DNA of 64,000 nt from an uncultured Planctomycetaceae bacterium (GCA_963815195.1 CAWFGE010000013.1:640001-704000), one strand, 5' to 3'; shown: positions 10,624 to 20,824, numbered from the stretch's first letter. The notes: generated by a model not told the origin, from the sequence alone. Made by a program: numbers and translations.

Positions 10624-12556
10624 TCACTCGCCGGCTTTGCGGAAGGCGTTGTAGTGCAAGTATTCCCAATGCCGGTACGCTTCGGAGGTTTTGACGACTT
10701 CCGCGTGGGAGCCGACGGCGGCGACCTTGCCGCGATGCAAGAGCACGACCAGATCGGCCCGGCGGAGCGTGGACAGCCGGGTCGGCAGGAAGATCGTCGT
10801 GCGTCCGCGGGTGATGCGGCTGTAGGTGTCGTCGAGCATGGTTTTGGTGTCGTTGTCCAGCGTTTCGCCGGGCTCTTCGATGATCATCACGGCCGGGTTT
10901 CGCAAAATCGCCCGCGCGAGGCCCAGGCGAAATCCCTGTCCCACGTCCAATTGCTCCCCGTGCTCGCCGAGGACGGTTTCGTAGCCTTGGGGCAGATCGA
11001 GGATGAACTTGTTGGCGTGGGCCTGCTTGGCGGCGGCGGTGGCGTCTTGCATGGAATATTCATTGTTGCCGCAGCCGATGTTCTCGCGGACGGTCCCCGT
11101 GAAGAATGGATCGGCCGCCCCGACGAAAATCGTTTCGGCCCGCAAAGATTCCAGCGTGACCCAGGCGATGTCCTCGCCGTCGAACAGCACTCGGCCTTTT
11201 TGCGGCTCGATAAACCGGGGCAACAAATAGGCCAAGGCCCGCGGCTCCATGTCGTCCAGGGAAACAATCGAGACGGTGCTCCCGGCCGCGATCCGGAGAT
11301 CGAGTCCGTCGAGCACGAGCTTGCGGTTGGGCAGAGCATAACTGACCGAATCGAACGTCAGCATTTTCGAAAGCGGCTGCAGAAACTTGGCGCCCACGGC
11401 CTGGCCGACGGAGGGGATTTTGTCCAAGTAGCGATAGATGCGGTCGGCGGCGAGCGTGGCGTCGTTTCGGATCGAAGTCAATTCCCACAACTCTTCGAGC
11501 GGCCGGTACATCCACACAAAAATCGCCAAGAGCACCAACGCCGCCGAGAACGTGAGGCCGCCCGGCTGCAGAATCTTGAGACCCACCAGCCCGACGACGA
11601 TGCTCGCGGAGACGGTCACCACGCCCCGGCTGATCCAGCGGGAGGCGCGCTCGCTGCGTTTGATCTTGGAGACATCGCCTGCGAGCCGATCCATATTGCT
11701 TTGGAACTGCTCCAGCTCGAATTTCTCCATGTTGTATCCGCGGACCAGCCGGGTTTTCTGGAGGCATTCGGCCAACAGCCTGAGCTCTTCCTCGGCCCGG
11801 GACTGCGTTTGCCGAGTCGCTGCGAGGGTGCGGGCGTTTTGCTTGTGGACGAGATACCAGCAAAACGCCAGCGGGACCAGACATTGAAACGTGACCAGCC
11901 AATTGATGCTCGAGCGCCAAAACCAAGAGCATCACGAGCTCGAACGGATGGCAACTCAGCCGGCGAATCCAGCGGGCCACGCCGTCGCGGACGCGGTCCA
12001 CGTCCACGGTGAACAGTCCCAATACCTGCTCGGCTTCGGTGTCCAAAAGATCGCCCGGCCCGAGCCTGAGCCGCTGCCGGTGGATGGTTTTGCGGAGGCT
12101 CATCGCCCGGTCCAGTCCGGTTTGCGTGCTCATCCGCCGGGCCAACGAAGCGCACAACGTGCGGAGCAACCCCACGACCGCGCCCAGAATCACCAGGATC
12201 ACCAATGCCGGCGTGTTCGATTGAAAGGGAGAAAACTGCCGATACACCGCGGCGAAGGCACCGCCCCAGTAGCGGTCTCTTGCATGCCAGGCCGTGGGCA
12301 ACAGGCCCGCATCCTCAAAAATGGCGTCGGTCAGCCCTTCGCCGAGAAACTCCTGGAGCGCCTTGTGATCTTCCGCGGGAACCGCCAGCCGGCCGCGGGT
12401 TTCCAGGAGGTCGGCGGTCAAATAGACGATGAATAATGTGACCGCGAGCAAAATCGAAGCACAAGTGGACCAAAGGAAAGCGGCGCGGGCTTTGCCCTGG
12501 AACAAAGCCTTGCGGGGAAAGACCCGGTCAAATGCGGATTGATGGTTGTTGGGCAC
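10624..12556 (-). CDS. ABC exporter-type TMD-NBD fusion with a degenerate ATPase site; frameshift ~11905
   Basis: N-terminal TM helices; NBD motifs TVRENI, LPQGYETVLGE, RLSTLRRAD; Walker A and signature degenerate. Confidence 0.8.
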
Positions 12557-12698
12557 GTGTGACGCTGCTCATGAACGGGAAACTGCCCTCCGTGCGGACG
12601 ATCCAACCCACCGGGCCAAGCCAACGACTCCTCCGATTTTGCCGGGCCGGTAGAGACACCATTGCTTCAGACAGAAATTCAGTCGCTCCAAAAACGGC

Positions 12699-12767
12699 TG
12701 AGCCGCGCACGAAGTAAGCGGTATTGCGATGAATTGTTAAAGAACCGCTGACTTCGTGCGCGGCTCA
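12699..12767. repeat. REP doublet (family A) TGAGCCGCGCACGAAGTAAGCGGT...ACCGCTGACTTCGTGCGCGGCTCA
   Basis: 24-bp inverted repeat; the same element is at 31253 and 55281. Confidence 0.88.
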
Positions 12768-13038
12768 AGGAAATCAAATCATTTTGGGAACTACGGAAGT
12801 CCGGTTTGGCATTCGCTTTCGCCGGGAGTTTTGGGAATCGAATTGAGAATCGAACGCCGTTTTGAAAGAATTGTTCCGATACATTTTTTGCATTCTAAAG
12901 CATCACGCGAGGCGATGACAGGTGCCGTTTCGAATTTCTCGCGATTCGGCCAAGGGAAATCCCCCGAGCTGGCAACTTCGGCTCGGGAGACGACCCTGAC
13001 GCCAATCACCACTTCCCTGATTCCAACGCCGATTCCTT

Positions 13039-14547
13039 ATGCTCGAAATCTTCCCGGATCTCCTCGACGCCTCGCGGTCGCTGCTCGCCCCCTGGCCGCT
13101 GGGCTTGATGATGCTGGGCACGGCGCTCGGAATCGTGGTGGGGGCGATTCCGGGGCTGACGGGGTCGATGCTGATCGCCCTCGCCTTGCCGCTCACGTTT
13201 GCGATGGACGGGTCGGCGGCGATGGTGCTGTTGGTGTCGATGTATGTCGGCTCCATCAGCGGCGGATTGATCACCGCCACGCTCCTGCGAATGCCCGGCA
13301 CGCCGGCGTCCATCATGACCACGCTCGACGGCTATCCGCTCGCCCAGAAAGGCCAGCCCGGCCGGGCGTTGGGGTTGGGGATGACGGCTTCGTTCGTGGG
13401 CGGGTTGGTCTCGTGGGTGTTTTTGGTCCTCTTGGCGAAGCCCATGGCGGATTACGCGACCCGGCTCGGGCCGTTCGAGTTCTTCTCGCTTGTGTTGATG
13501 GCCCTCGTGTTGATCGCCGCCGTGTCCGGCGATTCGCTGTTGAAAGGCTTGCTGTCGGGCTTTCTGGGGATTCTCGCGACGCTGCCGGGCGTCAATCCGG
13601 TGACGGGCGAACTGCGGATGACGTTCGGCCTGCAAGAACTCGACGACGGATTGAAACTGCTGCCGGTGCTCATCGGCTTGTTCGCCCTCAGCCAGATTTT
13701 GCGGGACATTATCGACGTGGACGGCCCCGTGGAGACGGTCCGCGCCTCCACGGCCGGGCTCTGGCTCCGCTGGCGGGATTGGTCCAAGCACTGGGGGAAT
13801 ATGCTTCGCTCCTCGCTGATCGGAACCTGGGTCGGAATCTTGCCGGGGATCGGGGCCAACATCGGCTCGGTCCTGGCGTATGCGACGGCCCGCAACCTGT
13901 CGGACCACCCCGAAGAATTCGGCACCGGAACCGAAGCCGGGATCGTGGCGTCCGAAGCCGCCAATAACGCCACGATTGGCGGGGCGCTCATTCCGCTGGT
14001 GGCGCTCGGAATCCCCGGCAGCGTGATCGATGCGATCCTGTTGGGGGCGTTGGTGCTCCACGGCCTGCAACCGGGGCCGCTGTTGTTCCGCGATCATCCC
14101 GAAATCGTTTCAACGATCATCGTCACCATGTTCGCAGCCAATTTCTTTATGTTGCTGTTTATGATGGCCTCGGTGCGGTGGCTGGCCCGGCTGGTCGCCG
14201 TGCCCCGGGGTTATCTGCTCCCGGTGATTCTGGTGTTTTGCATCGTCGGGTCTTATGCGCTCGCCAACCGCATGTTTGATGTGTGGGTGATGCTCGCCTT
14301 CGGAGCCGTCGGCTTTGCCCTGGAAAATGCGAACATTCCGCTCGCCCCGTTCGTCATCGGCTTCGTGCTCGCTCCCGAAGCCGAGAAAAACCTGGGCAAA
14401 GGCCTCATCACCTCCGGCGGCAGCTTCTGGCCGATCGTGACCCGCCCGATCTCCGCGGTCTTTTTTTTCCTTGCCCTCGCGATGCTGTTCTGGCCGCTGT
14501 GGCGGCGCTGGAAAAGCGAGCGGCAAGGCGATAGCCCCCGGCCTTGA
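13039..14547 (+). CDS. tctA: Tripartite tricarboxylate transporter large permease
   Basis: GIVVGAIPGL, PGTPASIMTTLDGYP, GILPGIGA, ASEAANNA, LGIPG; very hydrophobic. Confidence 0.92.
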   Translation: MLEIFPDLLDASRSLLAPWPLGLMMLGTALGIVVGAIPGLTGSMLIALALPLTFAMDGSAAMVLLVSMYVGSISGGLITATLLRMPGTPASIMTTLDGYPLAQKGQPGRALGLGMTASFVGGLVSWVFLVLLAKPMADYATRLGPFEFFSLVLMALVLIAAVSGDSLLKGLLSGFLGILATLPGVNPVTGELRMTFGLQELDDGLKLLPVLIGLFALSQILRDIIDVDGPVETVRASTAGLWLRWRDWSKHWGNMLRSSLIGTWVGILPGIGANIGSVLAYATARNLSDHPEEFGTGTEAGIVASEAANNATIGGALIPLVALGIPGSVIDAILLGALVLHGLQPGPLLFRDHPEIVSTIIVTMFAANFFMLLFMMASVRWLARLVAVPRGYLLPVILVFCIVGSYALANRMFDVWVMLAFGAVGFALENANIPLAPFVIGFVLAPEAEKNLGKGLITSGGSFWPIVTRPISAVFFFLALAMLFWPLWRRWKSERQGDSPRP

Positions 14548-14708
14548 CGCAATCTACGCCGGCTGATCACAAACACCAAAGAGTCCCCTCGGATTTGAGC
14601 CAAGTCGGTAAAGGGGTTTCGGGCCTGAACATGATATTTCTGGTTCTTCCGGCTAATGAGGGGGCAACTACGACGGTCTTAAAAAAAGAATATCTTGTGT
14701 GCTCTTTC

Positions 14709-14736
14709 ACCTCCCCGAGGGGCCCGAAGGGGAGGT
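14709..14736. terminator. Hairpin between convergent genes (possible terminator or REP remnant)
   Basis: ACCTCCCC-N12-GGGGAGGT. Confidence 0.35.
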
Positions 14737-14828
14737 AAGATCCGCGGTTGATCAACCCACAAAAAGATCATCCGCGTCCGCCCCCCCCGATTCGCCGGAA
14801 GAGCAAAATTTTGCCCGTGCTCCGCCTG

Positions 14829-16508
14829 TCATTCGGATTTATTCGACGAAGCCAGGGCCTTGGGATCCGTGATGTGCAAGTAATGCCCGTGGTCGGCGGT
14901 GACGATCAGCAGCGATTCCCGCCAGTTGCTGTTCTTTTCGACCCAATCGGTGATCGTCCGCACGGCGGCGTCGCCATCCAGAACCGCACCGATCGAGTTG
15001 TCCAGGTTGTTGTCGTGGTTGGCCCAGTCCACGTCCCCGGCTTCGACCATCAGCCAAAAGCCCTTCGGGTTTTGGGACAGCACCGTTAGCCCGGCTTCGG
15101 TCATCTCGGCCAGGCTCGGGTTTTCCTTGAGGTCGGCGGGAGTGTAGGTTTCCAGGGCGTACTTCGTCCCGCGGGTGGGATTGTAGCCGCCGTCCGCGGT
15201 GCGGTAGGGCAAATGGGCGGACTTGGCTTCGCCGAAAAACCCGAACAGCCGGGTGCCCGCGTCCGCGGCGTGCCGGGCGGCGTGATGAAGGACCTCTCTC
15301 CCCGACTGGCCCGCCGTGCGGAGGGCGACTTGGTACCGGCCGCCGTTTTTCACATCGATCGCCTGGAGGTCCGCTTCGGGAAGATAGCGGTTCCCGGGCA
15401 CGAAGTTTTTGCCTTGGGCGGCATCTTTGGCTTTGGTCGTGCCCCAGCCCGCACCGATCAGCACATCCACGCCGGAGAGCGGTTGGTCGGGATGCGAAAC
15501 CGACGGCCGGCCCAACAGGTCGCGGGTGATGTCCTGGTAGTCGTTGCGGGTCACGTTGTGGGCATAAGCCGAGCCCGGTGTGGCGTGGCTGATGGGCACG
15601 CTGGTGATGATGCCCACGGCCCGGCCGCGTTCCTGGGCGAGATGGGCCACCATCGTCAGCCGCTCGCCCGTATGCCCGATGCCGATGGACCCGTTGTAAG
15701 TTTTGATCCCCGTGCACAGGGCCGTCGCGGTCGCGGCGGAATCGGGGACGGCATGGGCGATGTGGCCGTTTGACGATTTGCCGATCGGATAGCCGATGGC
15801 CGCAGGCTCCGGTTCGCTCCAGGCAAACGGTCCGCCGAGGTTTGCATCGTACCCGCCCGTCTCGCCGCCGAATTTGACGATCCGCTGCGTGTTGACATCT
15901 TCCTTGGTGCTGCCGTCGTGGGGACTGGTGACGACCTGCCCGAACTGCGTGGTGCCCCCGGCGGCATAATCTTGAAAATAGAGCCCCGTTCCGCGTCCGG
16001 CATGATAGGCGACCTTCCCGTTTTTATAGGTCGCGGCGGCGAAGGTGGTTTGCCAATCCATCCCGTCGAATACCACGAGAAAAATGTACTTCTTCCCCGC
16101 GTCCAAAGCCGTCTTTTGAATTTCGCCGATATTCGATTGATCGAAATACTCGGCGTTTGGATTCAAAGTGTGTTCGGGAAGCCGGCCGTAGATTTTTTTA
16201 AGAGCCGCCTCGCTGCGATAGGGGCTGTGTTCGCCCTGGTAGCTTTCGAGGTCGATGCCTTCGCCCGCCCCCTTGGTGCCGAAGGCGTAAACGGGAATCA
16301 GCCGATTGCTGTGGTTGGTCCAATTGGAAAACGTGTGCGGGTCGGTCCCCCAATACATCACGGGCGATTGAGCATTTTCGATCCCGGCTTTCTGAATCTC
16401 GCGAAGCGGATCGTCTTCTCCCCGCGCCGGTCCCGCCGCGGTGAAGAAAGTGACCGAACAAACAGCAAAACAAGCCGAGGCAAACCGGGTGTGATATTTC
16501 GTGAGCAT
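14829..16508 (-). CDS. Secreted alkaline phosphatase, apparently circularly permuted
   Basis: FLVVFDGM, VPDSAATATA (catalytic Ser), HATP, VEAGDVDWANH, TADHGH. Confidence 0.9.
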   Translation of the reverse strand: MLTKYHTRFASACFAVCSVTFFTAAGPARGEDDPLREIQKAGIENAQSPVMYWGTDPHTFSNWTNHSNRLIPVYAFGTKGAGEGIDLESYQGEHSPYRSEAALKKIYGRLPEHTLNPNAEYFDQSNIGEIQKTALDAGKKYIFLVVFDGMDWQTTFAAATYKNGKVAYHAGRGTGLYFQDYAAGGTTQFGQVVTSPHDGSTKEDVNTQRIVKFGGETGGYDANLGGPFAWSEPEPAAIGYPIGKSSNGHIAHAVPDSAATATALCTGIKTYNGSIGIGHTGERLTMVAHLAQERGRAVGIITSVPISHATPGSAYAHNVTRNDYQDITRDLLGRPSVSHPDQPLSGVDVLIGAGWGTTKAKDAAQGKNFVPGNRYLPEADLQAIDVKNGGRYQVALRTAGQSGREVLHHAARHAADAGTRLFGFFGEAKSAHLPYRTADGGYNPTRGTKYALETYTPADLKENPSLAEMTEAGLTVLSQNPKGFWLMVEAGDVDWANHDNNLDNSIGAVLDGDAAVRTITDWVEKNSNWRESLLIVTADHGHYLHITDPKALASSNKSE

Positions 16509-16703
16509 GTTGATTTCCAAGATCCAGGGTCAGAAGAAACCTCCATGCTAAGTCGCCGGCCCGGCCCAGACAATTCCGCCGCGGCAGATTTTGCCGATTC
16601 TTCTCAATCTGCGGGCGGAGATTGGCCGATAGGGAACAGACGGCGTTCCGTTGCGCTGGGCTTTTGGGGCAATCGGGATCATCTTTGGGGGAGAAAACGG
16701 CTT

Positions 16704-18665
16704 ATGGCGACCCGTTGGCTTTCGGTGTTGCTGGCGGGAGCGCTCGCGGTCGGGGTGGGGGCGGCTTGGGTCGCTTCGGATTTTCGCCCTGTTTCGCCGA
16801 GCCGCCAGACTTGCCGGGCCGACGTGGCTTACGCCGTCGATGTCCGCGAAGGCCAGGCCACGTTCGATTTGGCTTTTGAGGCCGATGCCCGGTATTGGGT
16901 GATCCTCGGCAGCCTGGCCGATCACGATGAGGAAACAGCCGTCGCGCTTTCCGCGGAGAAAGTTTCCGCGGTCGAGCGGTTTCCGCTCCGCCCCGTCCAC
17001 CCGCTGTCGTCGGACTTGCCCCGCCGATTGGACACGAGTTGGCAACCGCCGGGCTCGTTGCAGGATTCGGACACATTGTCAACAACACAAACCACGCCCT
17101 TCGTGCCTCAGGGCGTGGCACCCAATTCGCCTAAGTCTTCCGTGCCGATCGCGCACGAGTTTTATTTGCACGTCACCGATGGGCCGCTTAACGATCCTCG
17201 GCAGTACGCGAAAGTCCAGAGCCGGTGCGTCGCCGAGGGGCAGTTCGTGCGGGTGTTTTTGGATTCGCAAATGCAGACCCGCCAACTGGCCCACGGGTTG
17301 GTTCCCGAAATCGTCGCCTGGTTCGACACCGAAATCGTCCCCGGCAGCCGGCGGGCGTTGGGGACGTTTCGCGATGTGGACGGCGACGGCAAATTCGCGA
17401 TTCTCATCAGCCCCTGGCTCGGCAAGCTCGAAGGCGGGAAGACCTCGCTGGGTGGATTTGTGCGGGGCAGCGATTTTCAGGCCTCCGTCAAACAGCCCTT
17501 CGGCAATCGGGCGGATGTGTTATACCTGAATTCAAACCTCCGCCCCGGGCCGCATCTGCGGACGCTCCTGGCCCACGAGTTCGCCCACGCGGTTTGCTTC
17601 AGCGAACGCTTGCCGACGAAACTACAGCCCCTGGGCCTCGCCACCGAGGAAGATTGGCTCAACGAAGCCATCGCGCATGTCGCGGAGAATCTGCACGGCA
17701 CGGGGTGGACGAATCTCGATGACCGCGTGAGCCGATTTTTGGATGCGACCGACCGCTCGCCGCTGGTGGTGCCGAACTATTACGCCGACGGCCTGTGGCG
17801 TGATCCCGGCTGCCGGGGCGCGACGTATTTATTTTTGAGGTGGGTCGTCGATCAGTTCGGGGAAGAGACGCTTTCCCGGCTGATCCACAATCGCGACCTG
17901 GGCCGGCGGAATCTCGAAACCGCAACCGGCATTTCGTTTGCCGACCTGTTTCGGCGGTGGACGATCGCGCTGGCCGTCGCCGGCCGAGAGGCCCCGCGAA
18001 CCGGCCGGCCTCCGGAAGGCCGATTCACTTCGCTCGACCTGGCGGCAACTTTGGGTCGATGGAGCCTCGCCGGTGCGCGGGCGGCGGTTTGGGATCTTGC
18101 AGGCGAGGCTCCGCGGTGTTCGCTCAGCGGAACCACCGCAAAAATTTTCGAGGTTCAAACCCGATCGCCGGGCGTGTATCGGTTGCGGGTCCGGTCCCAA
18201 GGCTCGCCGAAGCTGCAAGTCACCGTTGTCCGCCAACCCGCCGATTGGCCCCGCTTTCAGGCCGCGGCCCGCTGGCAGGTTTTCGAAAGCCCGACGAACG
18301 GTCGGCATCCCGCGCTCCAAGTGCAAGCGGATTTTCCCTCGAACACCCATTTGAAAATCGTCTGCCTTGCCGTGGAATGCCGGCAGGGCACACAACACCG
18401 ATCATTTTGCGTGGCGGGAAAAGACGTGGCGTTCCGCACCGTCTCGACCGCCGACGGCCGGCGGGTAGAAGCCGCGACGCTGAATCTGCCGGAGGGTCGG
18501 TTTTCGCGGGCCGCGGCTTCCAGGGCGGAATGGCAGTTGAAGATCGCCTGCGAAGACGACCGCGGCCGCCGCGCCGCCTGCTGGGTCAATCTTCCCCTTC
18601 CTCCGCGAGACGCTCCGTCCCAAATCCCGCCTGTCGCCGAGAAACCCGGCCGCAGAATTCTGTGA
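16704..18665 (+). CDS. Membrane-anchored or secreted zinc metalloprotease (M30/hyicolysin-like)
   Basis: N-terminal hydrophobic segment; DVDGDGKFAIL, NRADVLYLN, HEFAH, WLNEAIAH. Confidence 0.72.
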   Translation: MATRWLSVLLAGALAVGVGAAWVASDFRPVSPSRQTCRADVAYAVDVREGQATFDLAFEADARYWVILGSLADHDEETAVALSAEKVSAVERFPLRPVHPLSSDLPRRLDTSWQPPGSLQDSDTLSTTQTTPFVPQGVAPNSPKSSVPIAHEFYLHVTDGPLNDPRQYAKVQSRCVAEGQFVRVFLDSQMQTRQLAHGLVPEIVAWFDTEIVPGSRRALGTFRDVDGDGKFAILISPWLGKLEGGKTSLGGFVRGSDFQASVKQPFGNRADVLYLNSNLRPGPHLRTLLAHEFAHAVCFSERLPTKLQPLGLATEEDWLNEAIAHVAENLHGTGWTNLDDRVSRFLDATDRSPLVVPNYYADGLWRDPGCRGATYLFLRWVVDQFGEETLSRLIHNRDLGRRNLETATGISFADLFRRWTIALAVAGREAPRTGRPPEGRFTSLDLAATLGRWSLAGARAAVWDLAGEAPRCSLSGTTAKIFEVQTRSPGVYRLRVRSQGSPKLQVTVVRQPADWPRFQAAARWQVFESPTNGRHPALQVQADFPSNTHLKIVCLAVECRQGTQHRSFCVAGKDVAFRTVSTADGRRVEAATLNLPEGRFSRAAASRAEWQLKIACEDDRGRRAACWVNLPLPPRDAPSQIPPVAEKPGRRIL

Positions 18666-18806
18666 AATCTCTCTCGCAGATGGCATTTGCGCTGTCGCGG
18701 CCTTGAAACTTCGGCGCGGGCTGCGTCTAATTGAGAGAGATTTCATCACTTGTGAGTCCACAGGTCGGCGGGTTTTTGTGGAATCACCATCCCGGAGGAA
18801 ACGACC

Positions 18807-19190
18807 ATGAAGACCCAATGGATTTGGCTGTTCGCCGGTGCCGCGGTTTTGGCTTTTGCGATGGGGGATTCCGCCCAAGCCCAGGTCTATGGATTGTATG
18901 GGGGCTACGCCAACGGGGGTTACAACAACGGGGGCTACACCTTTCAGAATCCCAGCTACGGAGTGGGAAACCCCACCTTCGGGACCTACGGCTACCCCGG
19001 GTACTTCAACCGCACCGAACAATATCACTACACGCACCCGCGCATCACCACCGGCTACGGCTTCGTCAACCGTCCCTTGTTCTATGGGGGATATGGTGGG
19101 TATGGGTATTCGGGTTACGGCTACGGCGGCGGGAGAGTCGGCGGAGGCGTTCGCGGTTACAACTCCTACCGCGGCGGCTTCAGGCGGTAA
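18807..19190 (+). CDS. Secreted Gly/Tyr-rich low-complexity protein (copy 1)
   Basis: GGAGG RBS; signal peptide ending AQA; GY/YGG repeats. Confidence 0.85.
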   Translation: MKTQWIWLFAGAAVLAFAMGDSAQAQVYGLYGGYANGGYNNGGYTFQNPSYGVGNPTFGTYGYPGYFNRTEQYHYTHPRITTGYGFVNRPLFYGGYGGYGYSGYGYGGGRVGGGVRGYNSYRGGFRR

Positions 19191-19396
19191 CGCCGCGCAC
19201 GCCTTTTCTTCGCCTGGCTTTGTGCGAGCAAATCGCCCGCGGGGTCCTTGCGCAATCCGTGGGCTGGTCCCCATTGCGATTGGTCTTGAAAATCGAATTC
19301 CCGAGATTTCATAATAGAGAAGAAGGGAATAACAATCACCTGTGGTTCCGCACGTCGGCGGAATAGTGGGGAACCACCTTCCGGGAGGAAACGACG

Positions 19397-19804
19397 ATGA
19401 AAGCAAAATGGATCGGATTGTTTGTCGGAGCCATCGTGCTGGCCTTCTCGATGGGCGATGTGGCCCAGGCCCGGCACTGGCACGGGTGTTACGGAGGCTA
19501 CGGTTATGCCACCTACGGCGCATACCGCGGCTACGGGGGCCTCGGCGGGTTGGGGTATGGCTATGGCTATCCCCGCTCCAGTTATAGCTACGTGCCGTAT
19601 AGCGTCGGCTACCGCAGCTACCATCCGGCGTCTTACGGAAGCTACTACGGGGGCTATTCCGCATATCCCTCGTACTACTCCTCGTCCTATTATCCGGGGT
19701 ATTACGGCGGCCTCGGCTATGGCGGCTATGGCGGATGGGGCGGGTACGGCGGCGGCGGATTCGTCAACGTCGGCGGTTGGAACGGCATCAGCGTCGGCTG
19801 GTAA
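19397..19804 (+). CDS. Secreted Gly/Tyr/Ser-rich low-complexity protein (copy 2)
   Basis: GGAGG RBS; paralogous signal peptide; ends GISVGW. Confidence 0.85.
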   Translation: MKAKWIGLFVGAIVLAFSMGDVAQARHWHGCYGGYGYATYGAYRGYGGLGGLGYGYGYPRSSYSYVPYSVGYRSYHPASYGSYYGGYSAYPSYYSSSYYPGYYGGLGYGGYGGWGGYGGGGFVNVGGWNGISVGW

Positions 19805-19836
19805 CGCCCGAAGACGCCTCTTTGGCCATCCACTCG

Positions 19837-19870
19837 AACGCCCCGCTGCCCGATCAGCGGGGCGTTTTTG
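19837..19870 (+). terminator. Rho-independent terminator
   Basis: AACGCCCCGCTG-N6-CAGCGGGGCGTT followed by a T run. Confidence 0.8.
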
Positions 19871-19999
19871 TTTGTCTGCCTGGCCATGTTCGGTCAGACG
19901 TGATGACCGGAGTCGAAGTCGAAGCGAAAACGATGTTCGTTCGACTTGCCCAAACTTCTGCAAAACATTCAATTTTGCGAAGGTTGGAAGAATCCCTTC

Positions 20000-20197
20000 C
20001 TACGCCGGTCGCACATTCTCGGCACATGGGCCTTTTGGTCCATGACCTTCCGTGTAACTCACCTTTTGTCCTTCATACAAGTCGTCGAAACTCACGCCTT
20101 GCAGGTTTTTCGAGTGGAAGAACAGGTCTTTGGAACCGCCCGTGTTGATGAACCCAAATCCCTTGTCCGTCAATTTTTTGATCGTACCTTCCGCCAT
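20000..20197 (-). CDS. Cold-shock domain protein
   Basis: KGFGFI (RNP1), DLFFH (RNP2), KGPCAENV; 65 aa. Confidence 0.95.
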   Translation of the reverse strand: MAEGTIKKLTDKGFGFINTGGSKDLFFHSKNLQGVSFDDLYEGQKVSYTEGHGPKGPCAENVRPA

Positions 20198-20706
20198 GTG
20201 TCAGCCTTCTCGAATGGATTGTTGGGAAAGATGTTGCTCGCCGGAACATTTCCGGCCGCCGTTTCTCATTTACCAAAGTGTAGCGAAAACGGAGCCTCAA
20301 CGTAAGTCGGCGGTTCACGCTTTCCTGACGAACCTTCTGCCAATTTGCCAACGCCTCGGCAACTTCTTCGGCATTCGGCCAAATAACCCCATGAGAAGGA
20401 TTGCACGGCGGAAGCGAGTCTTCGTTTCTTCAATGCGAGAATCCATTCGCTTTTTGTTATCCATCAGACCTAAAAAAAGGCGTGCCGGTGCAAGTATCCG
20501 CGTTAAATGCTCGTTCGCCGGCTCGAGCATTCGCTGCCGATGAAGGCAATACTCGCGAGAATATCCCTCTTCCATTTCATTCCGCCCGTCCTTGCTGAGA
20601 ATCGCTTCGTTTCAATCGCGAACATCGCACCGGGCCGGTTTTCGCGGTCGCACCCACCAAAAGCAAAAACGCCTCAAACCCTTTGGCTTGCAGCGTTTTC
20701 TTCAAT

Positions 20707-20777
20707 TTACCCGGCAAGGATTCGAACCTTGACTAACAGAACCAAAATCTGTGGTGCTACCATTACACTACCGGGCA
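20707..20777 (-). tRNA. tRNA-Gln (anticodon TTG), CCA not encoded
   Basis: Minus strand TGCCCGGTAGTGTAATGGTAGCACCACAGATTTTGGTTCTGTTAGTCAAGGTTCGAATCCTTGCCGGGTAA: acceptor stem, D loop TGG, anticodon stem ACAGA/TCTGT, GTTCGAATC. Confidence 0.95.
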
Positions 20778-20824
20778 ATAAGCGTCGGAGCCCGCACCTA
20801 AACTCTTGACCGAGGAGGTGGGAC

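Noticed and set aside
15918..16703. N-terminal 262 aa of the 915-aa ORF
   Set aside because: Overlaps the phosphatase on the other strand; ATG 16704 has an RBS-like sequence and a signal-like segment.
18704..18730. ECF-type promoter TGAAAC...CGTCTAA upstream of the first Gly/Tyr gene
   Set aside because: The spacer is 14 bp, shorter than the usual 16-17, and it is not repeated before the second paralogue.
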